DNA of 63,529 nucleotides, filler included, from Octopus bimaculoides (Eukaryota), in assembly GCF_001194135.2 (NCBI RefSeq). It is 3 parts of 3 records of this genome, joined end to end, with 100 filler letters (N's around TTAATTAATTAA, not from the genome) between each part and the next. Parts side by side here need not be neighbours in the genome. Positions count along the whole stretch, not along the records: positions 55,113 to 63,529 come from NC_068985.1; 2 more parts are not named here. The stretch is one strand, 5' to 3'. The notes beneath the pieces were generated by a model, which ran no database searches, was not told the DNA's origin, and saw only the letters and a program-made list of their open reading frames with translations. Each line of letters begins with the position of its first letter. Position 1 is the first letter of the stretch. Positions 60,451 through 63,529 of the stretch are shown piece by piece. A program made the translations under genes and the position numbers.

Positions 60451-62468
60451 TTAACATCATACCGTGAAAGATAAATACTTTCGATTAGTAATTACTATGA
60501 GGAGTTAGAGAATCTAGTGTCGAGATTTGATTAATATGATCGTTTATTTTTATTTGAGGAGCATATTTTTGTCAACCTCATGCACAAATTTATAATCTTG
60601 TCTTTTGGTAAAATGAAAAAAAAAAAAACAACACAGTAAAATAAACAATTCTACAAATTTTGCATTCTCTCATGACTTTTCTAATGCCAAAATTCGATAT
60701 AACATTTCGAATATATGATTTATTTCCTTTCGGAATCGATCACTCTCGTCATGTTTTTGCTTATCCTTGGAGTTAAGAAAGTATTGAGATGCTTTTCGCG
60801 ATATTATCATTGTGTTATATAATGTTCTAAGGATGACAATATGGTTGCTAAATACATTATGGGGTGGTTAGTTGTAAATGCTTATCTGTTTCTCTTTCAA
60901 CAAAATGAGATCATATTATAATCAGTATTATAATTGAAGGAGAAACGTTGCAGACTGCAGAAATACATATGTAAAATAATTATATAAATATCTCGCCAAT
61001 ATTCGTAATATATTATAATTCATAAGTCCGATTGACAGGGTCCAGTAGTTAAAACAAATGAACATTCCTTGGCAGTTTTAATTCTTTTATTGGACTCCGT
61101 TACACTTTGCTCTACATAGCTAGAACATACACCTCTTGCAACGAATACAAGGGCAGACGAGTTTCAATCACTTTCCTAAAAGTTATAAGGTATAAGAAAC
61201 AAATCATAACACGGCACGGAACTATTTCACATATTAATGATACCTTGCGGTTTGTAAAAGGCGATAATTTGTACAATATTGTGTATATAGCTTCTGACAG
61301 AGAAACAAACATACAACTATATAAACAGGTATTCTTACTGGCACACGACTATCATTAAATTTAGTTATATACGCTTCAATAAGCTTCGCCTCGTATATTT
61401 TTATCACTGACTGTGCTAATTGCAGAATTTAATAAGAGACACAATAAATGAGGTAAATAAATAAAATAAAATTTAAAACGAAAACGTCTGGAGAATATCA
61501 AAATGTGTGATGAAAATATTTCCCAACGGGTTTTCCTTGAAATTAACCTAGTAAAAGAAATAATTTGAAACATTTCCTAAATGACAAAACTATCACTTAT
61601 AACTTTCTTGCTGGTATATTATGTCCACATTGCAAATATAGAAACATTGCTTTTAGGCATTATTAAGCATTGAGGTTATAAACGATGCGAATATTTATAA
61701 GGAAAGACCACATGACATAGATTAATGATTTAGTGAAGTGTTATAAATTGCTTGAGGTGTTATTTTTAAGTTTTCTCTTTTAAAAAAAAAACTCACGCCA
61801 TCGTTAAAATGTACTAAGGCTAAAACCCACATATCAGTCTTGATATCCCGAAATTAACTGCATTTCCTCTTCTTGCCGTTTTCCTCAGTGTTATTTCGAT
61901 TTGTGAAGAAATAATGTGAGAATAATGTTTAAAACTAATTCATGCAGAAAAATCAACGTCGTATAATTTAGAATTACTCAGAAATCTGCTCGAAATAGTT
62001 GCTTGATCGAAATATATAACGTATGTTGGCGTGATATATAAAGCAAGATATTTATATAATTATTTTAGATATGCATCTACCCTCTCTCTGCAATCTGCTT
62101 CGTTACTTCCTTCAATTATAATAGTCATTCTCAAATCTTATTTTGTTGAAAGTGATACAGAAAAGAACTTAGTAACTAACCACTCTATAATGTATTTGGA
62201 GACCATATACGATGCGAGCAGAAATTACTGTATTCATATTTAAAATATAAAAATTTGTTCTGCTAAGAAACGTAAAAGCGTGTTCCTGCGCTTGGGCGAT
62301 ATTTTCAGATATGCGATCAAATTATATGAATAGCAAGCAATTTCTAGTGATATAATTAACTATGCGTATAAAATTAGAGGCTGCCCTTACACAAACGTAT
62401 TTCTTGATTTTCTAGAGCAGTAACAAGATGTAAAACACATATATAGCGATTTGTAATGTGTAGGCTTT

Positions 62469-62689
62469 AAGGCGGCAAATGGACAGAATCGTTAGAACGC
62501 CTGCCAAAATATTTAGCGGCATTTCGTCTGTCTTTATGCTCTGAGTTCAAATTCCGTCGAAGTTGACTCTGCTTTTCACGTTTCGGAGTCAATAAAATAA
62601 GTAGCACTTGAGTACTGGGTGGTGGTGTAATCGACTCACTATTTGCTATGAAATTGCTGGCCTTGTGCCAAAATTTGAAAGCAGTATTA
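62469..62689 (+). mobile_element. SINE family B, T2-like tail, older copy
   Basis: GGCGGC..GAATCGTTAG..CTCTGAGTTCAAATTCCG..AATAAAATAAGTA..GGCCTTGTGCC. Confidence 0.72.
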
Positions 62690-62801
62690 CATAGGACCTC
62701 ATTTTTGCTATAGAGAGTATAGACACATATAAGTAAATTGTGTGTAGATATGGATATGTGTGCGTCTGCAATATCTATATATCTATACCTACATCTATCT
62801 A

Positions 62802-63040
62802 TCGTGGCTTCGATTCCCAGATCGGTCGTTGTGTTCTGTTCTTGAACAAGGCACTTCATTTTACGTTGATCTGCGATCATTTCGTCATCTGACATGTGGC
62901 ACCCGTTGCACCTGTACAGGTAATGTTGATTTGATGGAGGGAGTAATCTTATATGTACACAAACATTTCATCACTATAATCATATCATGTGTGGTTGTTC
63001 GACAAACAGTAGCGGGACCCTCAAACGTAGTCTAACGACG
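62802..63040 (+). mobile_element. CORE-like SINE variant, degenerate
   Basis: TTCGATTCCCAG..GTTGTGTTCTGTTCTTGAACAAGGCACTT; tail GGGACCCTCAAACGTAGTCTAACGACGG resembles the family C tail. Confidence 0.5.
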
Positions 63041-63053
63041 GGCCAGATATATA

Positions 63054-63529
63054 TGCTTTTCTACTCTAGGCACAAGGCCAGAAATTTTAGGGGAGGTGTC
63101 CAGTCGATTAGATGGGCTCCAGCAAGCAACTAGTACCTAATTTATCGACCCTAAAAGAATGAAAGGCATGATCGACCTCGACCGAATTTGAACTCAGAAC
63201 GTAAACACAGACGATATACCGCTAAGTATTTCGCCCGGCGTGGTAACGTTTCTTATTTCTTTATTGCCCACAAAGGGCTAAACACGGAGGGAACAAACAA
63301 GGACAGACAAAGGGATTAAGTCGATTATATCGACCCCAGTGCATAACTGGTACTTTATTTATCGACCCCGAAAGGATGAAAAGCAAAGTGGTCCTCGGCG
63401 GAATTTTAACTCAGAACGTAACGGCAGACGGAATACCGCTAAGTATTTCGCCCGGCGTGGTAACGTTTCTTATTTCTTTATTGCCCACAAAGGGCTAAAC
63501 ACGGAGGGAACAAACAAGGACAGACAAAG
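63054..63529 (-). mobile_element. SINE family B head-to-tail multimer (at least 3 units, 217-bp period), runs off the window
   Basis: GCTAAGTATTTCGCCCGGCGTGGTAACGTTTCTTATTTCTTTATTGCCCAC at 63221 and 63438; terminal unit has the T2 tail. Confidence 0.88.

Noticed and set aside
4303-63529. Functional tRNA or rRNA genes
   Set aside because: All A/B-box motifs belong to SINE heads followed by non-tRNA bodies; no rRNA-like sequence seen.

Overview
AT-rich, microsatellite-dense eukaryotic draft-assembly sequence with about 25 N-gaps. The SINE repertoire and repeat style look like a cephalopod (Octopus-like) genome; this is inference, not a database result. No complete, nameable protein-coding gene is present, and most of the ORF track is artefact (N-gaps, microsatellites). 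Supported content: (i) a full-length but dead DD37D (maT) Tc1/mariner element with 26-bp TIRs and TA TSDs (2002-3274); (ii) more than 30 copies of four tRNA-derived SINE families (my labels A-D), including head-to-tail multimers and mosaics; (iii) LINE remnants (CR1 3' end, Tx1-like RT, Penelope GIY-YIG C-terminus); (iv) MITE-like hairpins and a hAT-like end with a 22-bp minisatellite; (v) several short candidate exons of unknown identity. The most interesting signal is a set of hammerhead-ribozyme motifs in several unrelated short Penelope-pLTR-like repeats: a well-formed type I motif at 11595-11666 (-), a divergent inverted pair with intact cores and a 98-nt stem II inside a ~780-bp palindrome (21533-22314), two more motifs just upstream, and a recurrent non-canonical CUGUUGA core variant (18.3, 27.7, 51.0 kb). 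All folds and alignments were done by eye and need computational and experimental confirmation.
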